A DNA stretch of 64,000 nt, from positions 6,536-70,535 of the forward strand of contig CAYHHL010000006.1 in assembly GCA_964356325.1 (NCBI GenBank), written 5' to 3'. The stretch comes from an uncultured Enterobacteriaceae bacterium (GTDB taxonomy: Bacteria; Myxococcota_A; UBA9042). The notes below the pieces were generated by a model. It searched no databases. It had not been told where the DNA came from and saw only the letters and a program-made list of their open reading frames with translations. The position numbers and the translations under genes are program-made. The number at the start of each line of letters is the position of its first letter. Position 1 is the first letter of the stretch. This document shows positions 28,756 through 37,781 of this stretch, piece after piece.

Positions 28756-30528
28756 TCAGTTTAGCATCACCGCTCCGAATTCACAGACTTCCCGGCAACC
28801 GCCGCAACGGATGCACGCCGCCGCGTCGATGGCCATCGGGATGCCATCGCCCAACAAGTTGATGGCCATCGAGGCACACTGTTCGGCGCAGCGCGTGCAA
28901 CCGTCACAGACGTAGGGTTCGATCTCGTAGCGCACCAGGTCTCGGCAGCGGCCAGCCGGGCAGCGCTGCTCGGCAATGTGCGCCTCGAACTCGGCGCGAA
29001 ACCAGCGCAACGTGGTCAAGACCGGATTGGGCGCCGCGCGGCCCAGGCCACAGGCCGAACTGGCGCCGACCAGGGTGGCCAGCGACTCGAGCTGCTCCAG
29101 GTCGCCACGCCGGCCATGACCCGCGCAAATGCGCTCCAAGATCTCGAGCATGCGCCGCGTGCCGACGCGACAAGCAGAACAGCGGCCGCACGATTCGTCC
29201 TGCGTGAAGGCGACGAAATAGCGCGCCACGTCGACCATGCAAGCGGTGTCGTCCATGACCACGAGGCCGCCCGAGCCCATGATCGCGCCGGTTGCGCGCA
29301 GGGCCTCGTAATCGATGCGCGTGTCGAACAGTTCCGCCGGCACGCAACCGCCCGAAGGCCCGCCGATCTGCACGGCCTTGATCGGCCGGCCGCTGCGGCT
29401 GCCACCGCCGATGGTTTCGATCACGGTGCGCAAGGTGGCGCCGAGCGGCACTTCGACCATGCCGCCGCGCCGAACGTCGCCGGCCAGCGAAAACACCTTG
29501 GTGCCGGAGCTGTCGCAAGAACCGTGGCGGGCAAACGCGGCGGCACCGTGGCCGAGGATCCACGTGACGTTGGCGTAGGTTTCGACGTTGTTGATGCTGG
29601 TTGGCTGCTGCCACAGGCCGCGCTCGGCGGGAAACGGGGGCCGGCGCCGTGGGATGCCGCGCTCGCCCTCCAGCGCGGCGATGAGTGCCGTCTCCTCGCC
29701 GCACACGAACGCGCCGGCACCACGGTGAATGCTGACATCAAAGGCAAAACCGCTGCCGCCGACAGCGTCGCCCAACCAACCGGCAGCGCGCGCCTGGGCC
29801 ACGGCCCGGTCCAAGCGCTCGACCGCCAACGGGTATTCCTCGCGCACGTAGACGATGCCGTGCGCGGCGCCGATGGCCCAGGCCGCCAGGATCATGCCCT
29901 CCAGCACGCTGTGTGGGTCGCCTTCCAAGAGGTTGCGGTCCATGAACGCGCCGGGATCGCCCTCGTCGGCGTTGCACACGACGTAGCGCAGGCTGGCCGG
30001 CGTGTCGCGGGCGAGGCGCCACTTGCGTGCGGTGGGGAAGCCGGCGCCGCCACGCCCGCGCAGGCCCGAAGTCTCGATTTCGCCAAGGACCGCGGCGGGT
30101 GATGACGTCGCCAGCGCGCGTGCCAGGGCCTGGTAGCCGCCGTGCGCGACATAGTCCTCGAGCGATTCGGGGTCGATGCGCCCGCAGCGGCCGAGCACCA
30201 GCCGTTCCTGGTGGGCGAAGAAATCGCGTTCGGCAACATAGGTTTCGCCGCGGGAGATGAGGTGGCCGGCGAGCGGCACTCCAGCGCGCAGGTGGCCATC
30301 GAGCAAGGCGGGCAAGAGTTCGGGCGTGACATCGCCGTAGAGGCAACGTCCGAGTGCGCCGCCTTCGACCTCGACCAGGACCTCGCGGTAGCACAGCCCG
30401 AGGCAACCGGTGATGCCCACTTGCGCGACAAGGCCCGATGCACGCAGGTATTGCTGCACGGCGTCCTGCACGCGCCGCCCGCCGGCCGCGATGCCGCACG
30501 AGCCCAAGCCGATGACGATGCGGGTCAC
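28756..30528 (-). CDS. NuoF-like NAD(H)-binding FMN flavoprotein (51-kDa subunit homolog) with an N-terminal thioredoxin-like [2Fe-2S] domain and two C-terminal 4Fe-4S ferredoxin motifs (HoxF/FdsB/NfnB-like architecture)
   Basis: VIGLGSCGIAAGGRRV is a 2Fe-2S thioredoxin-like domain. GRGGAGFPTARKW ... YVVCNADEGDPGAFMDR are the NuoF FMN/NADH motifs. ESCGRCSACRVG carries the N3 cluster Cys ligands. CDGCTRCAEQC and CIRCGGCREVC are ferredoxin motifs. The GTG at 30526-30528 overlaps the nuoE-like stop (GTGA). Confidence 0.85.
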   Translation of the reverse strand: MTRIVIGLGSCGIAAGGRRVQDAVQQYLRASGLVAQVGITGCLGLCYREVLVEVEGGALGRCLYGDVTPELLPALLDGHLRAGVPLAGHLISRGETYVAERDFFAHQERLVLGRCGRIDPESLEDYVAHGGYQALARALATSSPAAVLGEIETSGLRGRGGAGFPTARKWRLARDTPASLRYVVCNADEGDPGAFMDRNLLEGDPHSVLEGMILAAWAIGAAHGIVYVREEYPLAVERLDRAVAQARAAGWLGDAVGGSGFAFDVSIHRGAGAFVCGEETALIAALEGERGIPRRRPPFPAERGLWQQPTSINNVETYANVTWILGHGAAAFARHGSCDSSGTKVFSLAGDVRRGGMVEVPLGATLRTVIETIGGGSRSGRPIKAVQIGGPSGGCVPAELFDTRIDYEALRATGAIMGSGGLVVMDDTACMVDVARYFVAFTQDESCGRCSACRVGTRRMLEILERICAGHGRRGDLEQLESLATLVGASSACGLGRAAPNPVLTTLRWFRAEFEAHIAEQRCPAGRCRDLVRYEIEPYVCDGCTRCAEQCASMAINLLGDGIPMAIDAAACIRCGGCREVCEFGAVMLN

Positions 30529-31031
30529 GGGGCCAGCCGTCCGGACGCCGCGCCGGCCCGGTCCTCGATGGCGGCGACGGCGCGGCGGCTGTCGAGGCGG
30601 ACGTAGGTCTCGCCGTCTACGGTCATCACTGGCGCCAAGCTGCAACAGCCTAGGCACGCGACGGTTTTCAAGGTGAACGCCAGGTCTGACGTAGTGCCGC
30701 CCGGTGCGATGTCGAGGCGCTGCGCGACGGCTTCGGCAATGCGGCGCGCGCCGCTCACGTGGCAGGCCGTGCCCTTGCACACGCGCACCAGCACACGGCC
30801 GCGGCGCTCCAGCGAGAAACTGTCGTAGAACGTCGCCACGCCGTAGATGCGCGCCAGCGGGATGCCGGTGCGCTCGGCCAGCGCTCGCAACATCGCGCCC
30901 GGCATGTGCCCGAACTGCTTCTGCGTTTCCTGGAGCAGCGCCACTACATCGCCACCGTGGCGGGCAACGATCGCATCCAGCCACGCGCCGTGCGCTTCAG
31001 GGTCGATGGTAGCGGGTTCGGACGCGGCCAA
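30525..31031 (-). CDS. NuoE-like thioredoxin-fold [2Fe-2S] protein (24-kDa subunit homolog)
   Basis: GVATFYDSF ... CKGTACHVSG ... CLGCCSLAPVM is the NuoE cluster-binding pattern. A TTG start at 31029-31031 is preceded by AAGGAGG with a 5-nt spacer. Confidence 0.7.
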   Translation of the reverse strand: MAASEPATIDPEAHGAWLDAIVARHGGDVVALLQETQKQFGHMPGAMLRALAERTGIPLARIYGVATFYDSFSLERRGRVLVRVCKGTACHVSGARRIAEAVAQRLDIAPGGTTSDLAFTLKTVACLGCCSLAPVMTVDGETYVRLDSRRAVAAIEDRAGAASGRLAP

Positions 31032-31208
31032 GGCGGCCTCCTTGCAGCGGCGCGCCCTGATGACGCGATCGCTGCCGGGCCACACCGTAGGCTTGCCCCG
31101 GCTGGAGATCAAGGCAATGCAGCAGGATGCCAAGCGCCTGAGGTATCTGCAGCGGAAGGCAACGCCAACGTGGTCCCGCCCGCCGCGCTCTGCTACCCTC
31201 GGTCGGCG

Positions 31209-32444
31209 ATGCAACCACCAGACAACATGACTCCACTTCCATCACGACATGCCCGGGTTTCGGCGCGTTCGAAGGCGGCCCTCGCCGTGGCGGCACTGAC
31301 TTTGGCATGCGCGGCCGAACCGCTGGCACCGGGCGAAGCCAACCTGGGGCCCATCGAACACGTCGTCGACGCCAAGGCGCGCGCGGTCTGGCCCGGGCTG
31401 ACGCGCGACGACGGCAGCAGATATATTCGCCACATCAATGGATTTTTCGACGGCACGCCCACTGGTTGCTGGTTCTTCGGCCTGTCCTCGCGCGCGACGG
31501 CCGATGTCTTCGTGTTCTGCCGCGCCGGCGACAAAATGTGCCCGTTCGACGCCCAAGGCCGCGCGCAATGGTCGCACATGGCAGGCGATCCGGTGTTTGC
31601 GCGCATGCCCGGCGAGACCGGCTACTCGCCCTACTGGCTGGTGTGGGTGGTCACGGTGCCTGCAGACTACCGGGCGGGCGACCTCAAGTCGGTGGAAGGC
31701 ATCAACAAGGCCAAGGCAGCCGGCCGCGTCCAGGTCGATCAGCTCGTCTTCGACCACGGCGGCACGGTCGGCCCCGGCGTAGCGGTCATGCATTGCGCCC
31801 TGGTCCTGGCGGGCACGACGTTGGAGCGCGCGGGCGGCGATGTCGTCGGCCAGCCGGGCGTCGCGATCCGACCGATCGAGGACCGCTTGGGTTGGCACAA
31901 GCAGTATCGCGTCCACTTCTATGACTTCACCGCCAGCGAAGGGGTCGGGCCCGCCGATGCGTCCAGCCAGTCCCGGCCCATGATGATCGTCAGCGATCTC
32001 TTCGTGATCCAACGCGATTGTGCCGGTGGTTCAGCCTCGCCCTTGTGTACTGCCGGCATCGGGCGCGCTCCAGTCGGCGAACGCGACGTCGATATCGATT
32101 TCACCCACGACGGCGATAAGTTCGACACCAACTACGTGTTGATGGCGAACCCGTTCAAGGCGCCGGCCGACCCCGCGGACGCTGGCCGCGCCTACTCGCC
32201 CTTATGGCGGGTGAGCACGGTGCTGGTGCGACCCGCCCACGACGCCGAAGTGCCGCTCATCGACACCACCGGCAACCAAAGCCAATCGAGCATCAAGTCC
32301 GTGGCAGACCTGCGCGCGGCCATCGCCAAGGGAATCGCCGGCGAGCCCGAAGCCATGACCGAGGCGGCAACCGGCGCCATCCCCGGCAACGATGGCCATG
32401 CTTACTTCAGTTGCCCGTCGCAGGTGCCGTGGAACGCGCCCTGA
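31209..32444 (+). CDS. Lipoprotein of unknown function (paralog A)
   Basis: MQPPDNMTPLPSRHARVSARSKAALAVAALTLACAAEP has a lipobox (LTLAC). It is ~55% identical to the next gene over its body. It ends ...FSCPSQVPWNAP. Confidence 0.55.
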   Translation: MQPPDNMTPLPSRHARVSARSKAALAVAALTLACAAEPLAPGEANLGPIEHVVDAKARAVWPGLTRDDGSRYIRHINGFFDGTPTGCWFFGLSSRATADVFVFCRAGDKMCPFDAQGRAQWSHMAGDPVFARMPGETGYSPYWLVWVVTVPADYRAGDLKSVEGINKAKAAGRVQVDQLVFDHGGTVGPGVAVMHCALVLAGTTLERAGGDVVGQPGVAIRPIEDRLGWHKQYRVHFYDFTASEGVGPADASSQSRPMMIVSDLFVIQRDCAGGSASPLCTAGIGRAPVGERDVDIDFTHDGDKFDTNYVLMANPFKAPADPADAGRAYSPLWRVSTVLVRPAHDAEVPLIDTTGNQSQSSIKSVADLRAAIAKGIAGEPEAMTEAATGAIPGNDGHAYFSCPSQVPWNAP

Positions 32445-32570
32445 AGCTTTGACCACGACCCGGTGTGGTATGGGCTACGCAGATGGTGTAGGTTGGCAGC
32501 ACACTGCGGAACGGCCGTTTCGCAGCGCGTGCCGGGGCCTGCTCATGTGCGGCCAGACGGGAGGTATGCG

Positions 32571-33794
32571 ATGTGCGGAGCCCTTGCGCGACAGCGCCGG
32601 CACGCGAACCTGCTGAGCGTCGCGATGACCGCGCTGCTGCTTGCCGCTGCCTGCACCGCTGATCCAGAGCCGAGTGCCGAAGCCGACCTCGGCCCCATCG
32701 AGAACAGCCTCGACGACAACGCCTTGTCGGTGTTTCCCGGCCTCAAGCGGGATGACGGTAGCCATTACATCCGTCAGATCAATGGCTATTTCAACGGCCA
32801 AGAGACCGGCTACTGGTTCTTCGGCTTCGCCTCGCGCGCCACTGCCGACGTGTTCGTGTTTTGCCGGGAGGGCGACAAGGTCTGCCCGTTCGACCAGAAG
32901 GGCCACGCGCAATGGTCGCACATGGTCGGCGATCCGGTGTTCGCGCGCGTGCCGGGCCAGACCGGCTTCTCGCCATTCTGGCTGGTGTGGCAGGTCACGG
33001 TGCCGGCCAGCTACCAGGCCAACGACATCAAGTCGGTCGCTGGCGTGCACGCGGCCGTCGCTGCGGGGCGCGTCAAAATGGACCTGCACTTGCACGATCA
33101 CGGCGGCGCAATAGGCCGCGGCCAAACGATCATGCACTGCGCCCACGTGCTCGCCGACACGACGCTGGAACGGGCGGGCGAGGACATCGTCGGCAGGCCC
33201 GGCGTGAAGAACCTCGTCATCGAGCGCCGCCGCGGCTGGCACAAGCAGTACCGCATCCACCTGTTCGACTTCACCTCCAGCGAGGGCGTCACCGCGCCCG
33301 ACCCGAACAGCCAGTCGCGGCCGCTGATGCGCACGTCGGACATCTACGTCCTGTTTCGCGACTGCAACGGCGGTTCGAAATCGACCGCGTGCGGCCTGGT
33401 CAACACGTTGGCTGGTTCCGTCAGCGAGCGCGGCACCGAGACGGATCTGACCAACGACGCCGACAAGCGCGACACCAACAACGTGCTGGTCTCCTTCCCC
33501 GGCCAACTGCCCGTGGACCCCATCGATGCCGAGCGCGTGTACTCGCCGCTGTGGCGCGTCAACAAGGTGGTCGTCAAGGCCGCGTACGACAAGAACGTTC
33601 AACTGCTTGATGATACGCACGATCAGACGAAATCCAGCGTCAAGTCCGTGGCCGACATCCGAGCGCTGGTGACCCAGGGCTACGTCAAGCCGATCGAGTT
33701 CGTCGACGAAGGCATGACCGGCACGGCCATTCTCGGCAACGACGGCTTGACCTTCTTTTCCTGCCCATCCCAGGTGCCTTTCGATGCGCCTTGA
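32571..33794 (+). CDS. Lipoprotein of unknown function (paralog B, tandem duplicate of 31209..32444)
   Basis: GGGAGG-N6-ATG precedes MCGALARQRRHANLLSVAMTALLLAAAC (lipobox). The body is collinear with paralog A (DDGSxYIRxINGxFxGxxTGxWFFGxxSRATADVFVFCRxGDKxCPFD...). It ends FFSCPSQVPFDAP. Confidence 0.6.
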   Translation: MCGALARQRRHANLLSVAMTALLLAAACTADPEPSAEADLGPIENSLDDNALSVFPGLKRDDGSHYIRQINGYFNGQETGYWFFGFASRATADVFVFCREGDKVCPFDQKGHAQWSHMVGDPVFARVPGQTGFSPFWLVWQVTVPASYQANDIKSVAGVHAAVAAGRVKMDLHLHDHGGAIGRGQTIMHCAHVLADTTLERAGEDIVGRPGVKNLVIERRRGWHKQYRIHLFDFTSSEGVTAPDPNSQSRPLMRTSDIYVLFRDCNGGSKSTACGLVNTLAGSVSERGTETDLTNDADKRDTNNVLVSFPGQLPVDPIDAERVYSPLWRVNKVVVKAAYDKNVQLLDDTHDQTKSSVKSVADIRALVTQGYVKPIEFVDEGMTGTAILGNDGLTFFSCPSQVPFDAP

Positions 33795-34302
33795 CCGTTT
33801 TCGTCGCCATGTCGCGCTCGGCGCCTGGGCGCTGGCTACTGGCTGTTTGCTGACAAGCTGCGAGCCGGCCCCGGACATCGAGCCCTCGGCTTGCCGCAAT
33901 CCGGTGCCCGCGGTGGCTGAATTGGGCACGGGCGATCTCAACACCGGCTTCAAGCCGATGGCCGACGGCGCCGACGCGCTGGTCACGCTGGGGCCGCAAG
34001 GGCTGCACATGATCCTGGTGAGCGTCAAGCTGACCGGGTTCGAGGCGCCACCGGCGGGCGGCGGACGCAGTCAGCTCTGGCTCTCCGTGCGCAGCCAGGA
34101 CACGTTCCTGGGCGCGATTCCTGCGACGGAAAAGCCGGTCGTGCTGGACGACAAGACCGTGGCGTTCCTGGGCTTGCGGCCGGCGATGACGTTGGACAAT
34201 GTCAGCGCGTATTTCGGCAAGCTCTCCGAGGTCGAAGTGACGATCCGCGACGGCTGCGATCGGCTGATCCATGCCAAGCGCATGGTCCGACTGGTGCAAT
34301 GA
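33784..34302 (+). CDS. Small lipoprotein, hypothetical
   Basis: MRLDRFRRHVALGAWALATGCLLTSCEPAP has a lipobox (LTSC). Its start overlaps the previous stop. Confidence 0.5.
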   Translation: MRLDRFRRHVALGAWALATGCLLTSCEPAPDIEPSACRNPVPAVAELGTGDLNTGFKPMADGADALVTLGPQGLHMILVSVKLTGFEAPPAGGGRSQLWLSVRSQDTFLGAIPATEKPVVLDDKTVAFLGLRPAMTLDNVSAYFGKLSEVEVTIRDGCDRLIHAKRMVRLVQ

Positions 34303-35234
34303 CGCTGACTGCGGTGCTGCGCTGCGTCGCGCTGATCACCGTGACATGGGCATGCCGGTCGCCCGAGCCCACCAAGCCGTTGCCCGCGCCTGCGACACAA
34401 GCCCTGGAGATGGCTCGTGATCAGTGGTTCTTTGCCGCGCAAACCCCTGAACCTGTGCTGCTGGCGCTCATCCTCCAACGCACGCGCGACCGCGAGGCGA
34501 CCGCTACCACCCTGGAAGCCAAGGCGTTCCTGGTGGCGCGCGATCGCCTGCAGTCGCTGTTCTGGGAACGGGTGGAACTCGATCGCTGGCCCGGCGAGGA
34601 CCTGGCGACGGTCTTGACCGCGTGGCAGAAGCAGCGCAAGGGACCGGGGTTGCGGCTTGCGTTTGCCACCGAACCTGCCGGGCTGACCCTGACCGTGCGC
34701 CAGCCGGCTGGCGGCTTCACCCTGACCGCCACGGACTTGCAACCTATCGGTACGACCAACGATCCGCACGGCGAGAGCCAGCTTCGCGCCGGCACCGGTC
34801 AACTCGAGGTCAACGGCGTGAAGTGGCAGGGCCAGGTCCTCGCCGAGCACCTGGAGCCGGGCAGCCGGGCGTGGCCGAGCTTTGGCCGATTCGAGATGTG
34901 GCTCGCGGCCCCGACCGAGGGCGGCCTCGTGCTCGGTCGTTGCGATCTGCGCGCGCCGCCGCCCTGTGGCGAGGCGGTGGTGCTGTCGCCGGGCCAGCCA
35001 CCGCTCCGTCAGGGTTTCGCGGTCCAACCGTTCGATGCGCAACGCGACGTGACGACGGGATTTTTGCTGCCAAGGCGCTGGCGGCTGGAACCGATGGCCG
35101 GTGGCGAAGTCGTCTGGCGCGACGGGCAGACGGGGCGCGGTCGGGCACCGGGCGGGTCGCAGGCTGTTTACGATATCGGCGTCGCGAGCGGTCCAGGCGC
35201 GCTGGCGCTGGTCTTTCACTTGCAGGATCAATGA
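34299..35234 (+). CDS. Secreted protein or lipoprotein, hypothetical
   Basis: MTLTAVLRCVALITVTWACRSPEPT is a signal peptide. It overlaps the previous gene by ATGA. Confidence 0.5.
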   Translation: MTLTAVLRCVALITVTWACRSPEPTKPLPAPATQALEMARDQWFFAAQTPEPVLLALILQRTRDREATATTLEAKAFLVARDRLQSLFWERVELDRWPGEDLATVLTAWQKQRKGPGLRLAFATEPAGLTLTVRQPAGGFTLTATDLQPIGTTNDPHGESQLRAGTGQLEVNGVKWQGQVLAEHLEPGSRAWPSFGRFEMWLAAPTEGGLVLGRCDLRAPPPCGEAVVLSPGQPPLRQGFAVQPFDAQRDVTTGFLLPRRWRLEPMAGGEVVWRDGQTGRGRAPGGSQAVYDIGVASGPGALALVFHLQDQ

Positions 35235-36100
35235 GGTTCCGCGACAGGTAGATACGGTGCCGGAGTCGCCGTCGGTTCGCGCCACGTCGGTCGCTCGCTG
35301 AAGTAGAATCCCAAGCCGCGCGGGCGGCCGAGCGACAATACGTAGGCTACCAACGCCCAGCGATCCGCCTCGTCGGGCAGCGATTGGTCAAAGGCTGGCA
35401 TAGGCGCGCCGTCCAGGCCGGTCATGAAGGTGCGGTAGACGTCGATCGGGCCGTTGCCGCCCTTGTAGACGCCGTAAGTGAAGTCGAACACGTGGCTGAC
35501 GCTGCCATCGCTGTTGCGCGCCGTCGCCGCGGCCTTGCCATCGCCTCGGCCCTCGCTGCCATGGCACTCGCCGCAGCCCATCTTGACGTACAGCTTGGCG
35601 CCGCGCGCGATCAGGTCCGGCGTCGCGGCGACTGGGCTGATGTCTGCGGGCAGGACTACGTCTTCAGGCTGACGCGGCTCGGCGGCAAAGCGCGGCGACA
35701 GGGTTTCGAGGTAAAGTACAAGCGATGTCAGCTGATTGGGCGTGAGCTGATCGCGCCAACCGGGCATCGCGCTGCCGGGCAGGCCGAGCGCCAGCGTGCG
35801 TTCTAGGTCAGCGCGCGTCGGCAAGGTGCCGCTGGCGGTCGAGCGGAACCGGTACTCGCCGCGGGTCAAGTCGCGCGGTGGCGGCATCAAGCCCTCGCTG
35901 GCAGCACCCATGCCGTCGCCGCGCGCGCCGTGGCAGCCGGTGCAAGTCGCCAGGAACAGGCGGCGGCCCTCGGCGAGATCCGGCGGCGTGTCGGGACCGA
36001 CCGGATCGATGCGCGCCACGCCGCCAGCGCCGCACGCGACGGTCAGTGCGGTGGCCAGGAGCGCGAGCCCGAAGCGCCAGCCGTGGCTACAAAAAGCCAT
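35228..36100 (-). CDS. Dihaem c-type cytochrome lipoprotein
   Basis: MAFCSHGWRFGLALLATALTVACGAG is a signal peptide with a lipobox. CTGCHG and CGECHG are the haem motifs. The ATG is at 36098-36100. The track ORF is over-extended by 64 aa. Confidence 0.75.
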   Translation of the reverse strand: MAFCSHGWRFGLALLATALTVACGAGGVARIDPVGPDTPPDLAEGRRLFLATCTGCHGARGDGMGAASEGLMPPPRDLTRGEYRFRSTASGTLPTRADLERTLALGLPGSAMPGWRDQLTPNQLTSLVLYLETLSPRFAAEPRQPEDVVLPADISPVAATPDLIARGAKLYVKMGCGECHGSEGRGDGKAAATARNSDGSVSHVFDFTYGVYKGGNGPIDVYRTFMTGLDGAPMPAFDQSLPDEADRWALVAYVLSLGRPRGLGFYFSERPTWREPTATPAPYLPVAEPH

Positions 36101-37187
36101 GAATTTGCAGCAAGATCTCATTGGCATTGCCGTTGACCCGTTGGGGAATGTCGCGGTTGATGCGGTAGACTGCGCGCAGTTCGCTCCACTGCACCGGAAA
36201 CCATCCGAGGCCGAGAACGAACCGATCGCGCTCGTTTTCCTTGATCTCCAGCGACGGATCGAAGGACTCGAACCGGCCGCGCAGGTGCACACCCTTGTAC
36301 GCCTCGAAGTCGGCCTCCGTGAACAGCGCGACCTGGTCGTAGTCGTTCGGCGGCCCCATGCCGCGGATCCAATCCAGCGAGCCGAGCATCACCAGCCGAC
36401 CCAGGCGCAGTCCGCCATGCACGCCAGAAGTCAGCGTCTTGAAGGGAAAATCCTGAGCCGAAGTATCGTTGAAGGCCAGCGACGCCGACAGCCGGCCCCA
36501 CGGCGCGACGACGCCCACTTGCGCAGTCAACTGCTTGGCGAGGTTGGTATCGGGCCCGCCCAGACTGCCGTTGCTCACCGCCACCGAGGCCATGAACGGG
36601 TGCGGCGCGATGCCGACCTCCACGCCGAGATCTTGATTCGCATAGGTAAAACCTGTCTGTTGGCGGATGAACGCGGTGTCGTCCTGAACGCGCAGTCCGT
36701 ACGGTAGCAGGAAGTGACCAGCCTTGACGTAGCCACCCAGCGGCAGGCCTTGCAGCAGGACGAACGCCTCGCGATTGGCCGCGCCCTCCGGAGCCACCGT
36801 TTCGTCGACGTAGAAGCTCAGGCGCTGCGGCACGATTTCGGCGCGCACGTAGAGGTTAGCCTCGCTCACCTCGAACGAATTGGACGCCTTGGCCTGGTAG
36901 CGTTTGCCGTCCAGGCTGGTATGCGCCGCCAGCACGCTGCGTTGGTCCAGGCGCAGGTTGGCGCCCAGCGTCACCGATTCGCCGAGGCGCGGATCGAAGA
37001 CGCCGGGGGCGCGAAAGGTAGGCAGGTGGCTCTGGGCCCAGGCGACTCCGAAGGGCGTGCGCATGCCGCCGCCCGTGCGGTTGACGTGGCAGGCGCTGCA
37101 GGCAAGTCCCTCGCGCACGGCAAAAGCCGGTTCAGCGCGCAGGCTTGGCGCGGCGCTCAGGCCGTAGACCAGCAGGGTGGCGACGAC
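36087..37187 (-). CDS. Secreted beta-rich protein with a single N-terminal CxxCH (possible porin-like haem protein)
   Basis: ...VTAARVGFAVVATLLVYGLSAAPSLRAEPAFAVREGLACSACHVNRTGGG is followed by ~330 aa of alternating, aromatic-rich beta-type sequence. The start is uncertain. The track ORF begins in repeat-encoded SRSRSR. Confidence 0.45.
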   Translation of the reverse strand, partial: VVATLLVYGLSAAPSLRAEPAFAVREGLACSACHVNRTGGGMRTPFGVAWAQSHLPTFRAPGVFDPRLGESVTLGANLRLDQRSVLAAHTSLDGKRYQAKASNSFEVSEANLYVRAEIVPQRLSFYVDETVAPEGAANREAFVLLQGLPLGGYVKAGHFLLPYGLRVQDDTAFIRQQTGFTYANQDLGVEVGIAPHPFMASVAVSNGSLGGPDTNLAKQLTAQVGVVAPWGRLSASLAFNDTSAQDFPFKTLTSGVHGGLRLGRLVMLGSLDWIRGMGPPNDYDQVALFTEADFEAYKGVHLRGRFESFDPSLEIKENERDRFVLGLGWFPVQWSELRAVYRINRDIPQRVNGNANEILLQIHGFL

Positions 37188-37210
37188 CGCGAATCCGACG
37201 CGCGCTGCGG

Positions 37211-37720
37211 TCACTTTGCCCCCTCGTCTGCGCTGGCGTCGGCTCCGGCTCCGGCTCCGGCTCCGGGCAGCAAAGTCGCGCCCGCGTCGGCGGCATCGGC
37301 GTGCCAGTCCTTGCTCGCGCCCTCGGCGATCCATTTGCGCAGGGCACCGATCTGCGCATTGGTCAGGAACGGCGGCCCGTTGCGAGGCATGCGCGCGCCG
37401 ACACGACGCGGGTCCATGGCCGCGATCTTGACGATGAGGTAGCTGTCCTCGGGCCGACCGGGCGCCACACGCTGCATCGACGGCACCTCGGCCGCGGCCA
37501 CACCGACCAGATTCTGCAGTGCCACCGCATTGTCCAGCGACAGACCTTTGGGCGATGCACCGCCATGGTGGCACGACTGCGCGCACATCGGCTCCAGGAT
37601 CTGGGCCTGGATTTCCGGCCATGTGCGCGGCGCGACTCCGCCCGACTCCGGCGGCGCCGGCACGCCCTCGCCTGAACCGACACAGGCCGCGCACAGCCAC
37701 GTCAGCAGGAGCACTTGCAT
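37211..37720 (-). CDS. PSCyt1-like ('planctomycete cytochrome c' domain) haem lipoprotein
   Basis: MQVLLLTWLCAACVGSG has a lipobox. CAQSCHHGGASPKGLSLD ... VAPGRPEDSYLIVKIAAMDPRRVGARMPRNGPPFLTNAQIGALRKWIAEGA matches the PSCyt1 pattern. The C-terminal GAGAGAGADASADEGAK tail is encoded by the GCCGGA/GGCTCC repeat. Confidence 0.65.
   Translation of the reverse strand: MQVLLLTWLCAACVGSGEGVPAPPESGGVAPRTWPEIQAQILEPMCAQSCHHGGASPKGLSLDNAVALQNLVGVAAAEVPSMQRVAPGRPEDSYLIVKIAAMDPRRVGARMPRNGPPFLTNAQIGALRKWIAEGASKDWHADAADAGATLLPGAGAGAGADASADEGAK
37241..37267. repeat. Second short (GGCTCC)4.5 hexanucleotide run, reverse complement of the 18005 microsatellite unit
   Basis: Seen directly in the sequence, inside the 3' end of the PSCyt1 gene. 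Confidence 0.8.
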
Positions 37721-37781
37721 CGGGCCGCCTCCCTGCGACAATCGCCTACGCAGCGACTGGCTGCTCCTCGAGGTCGCCGTC

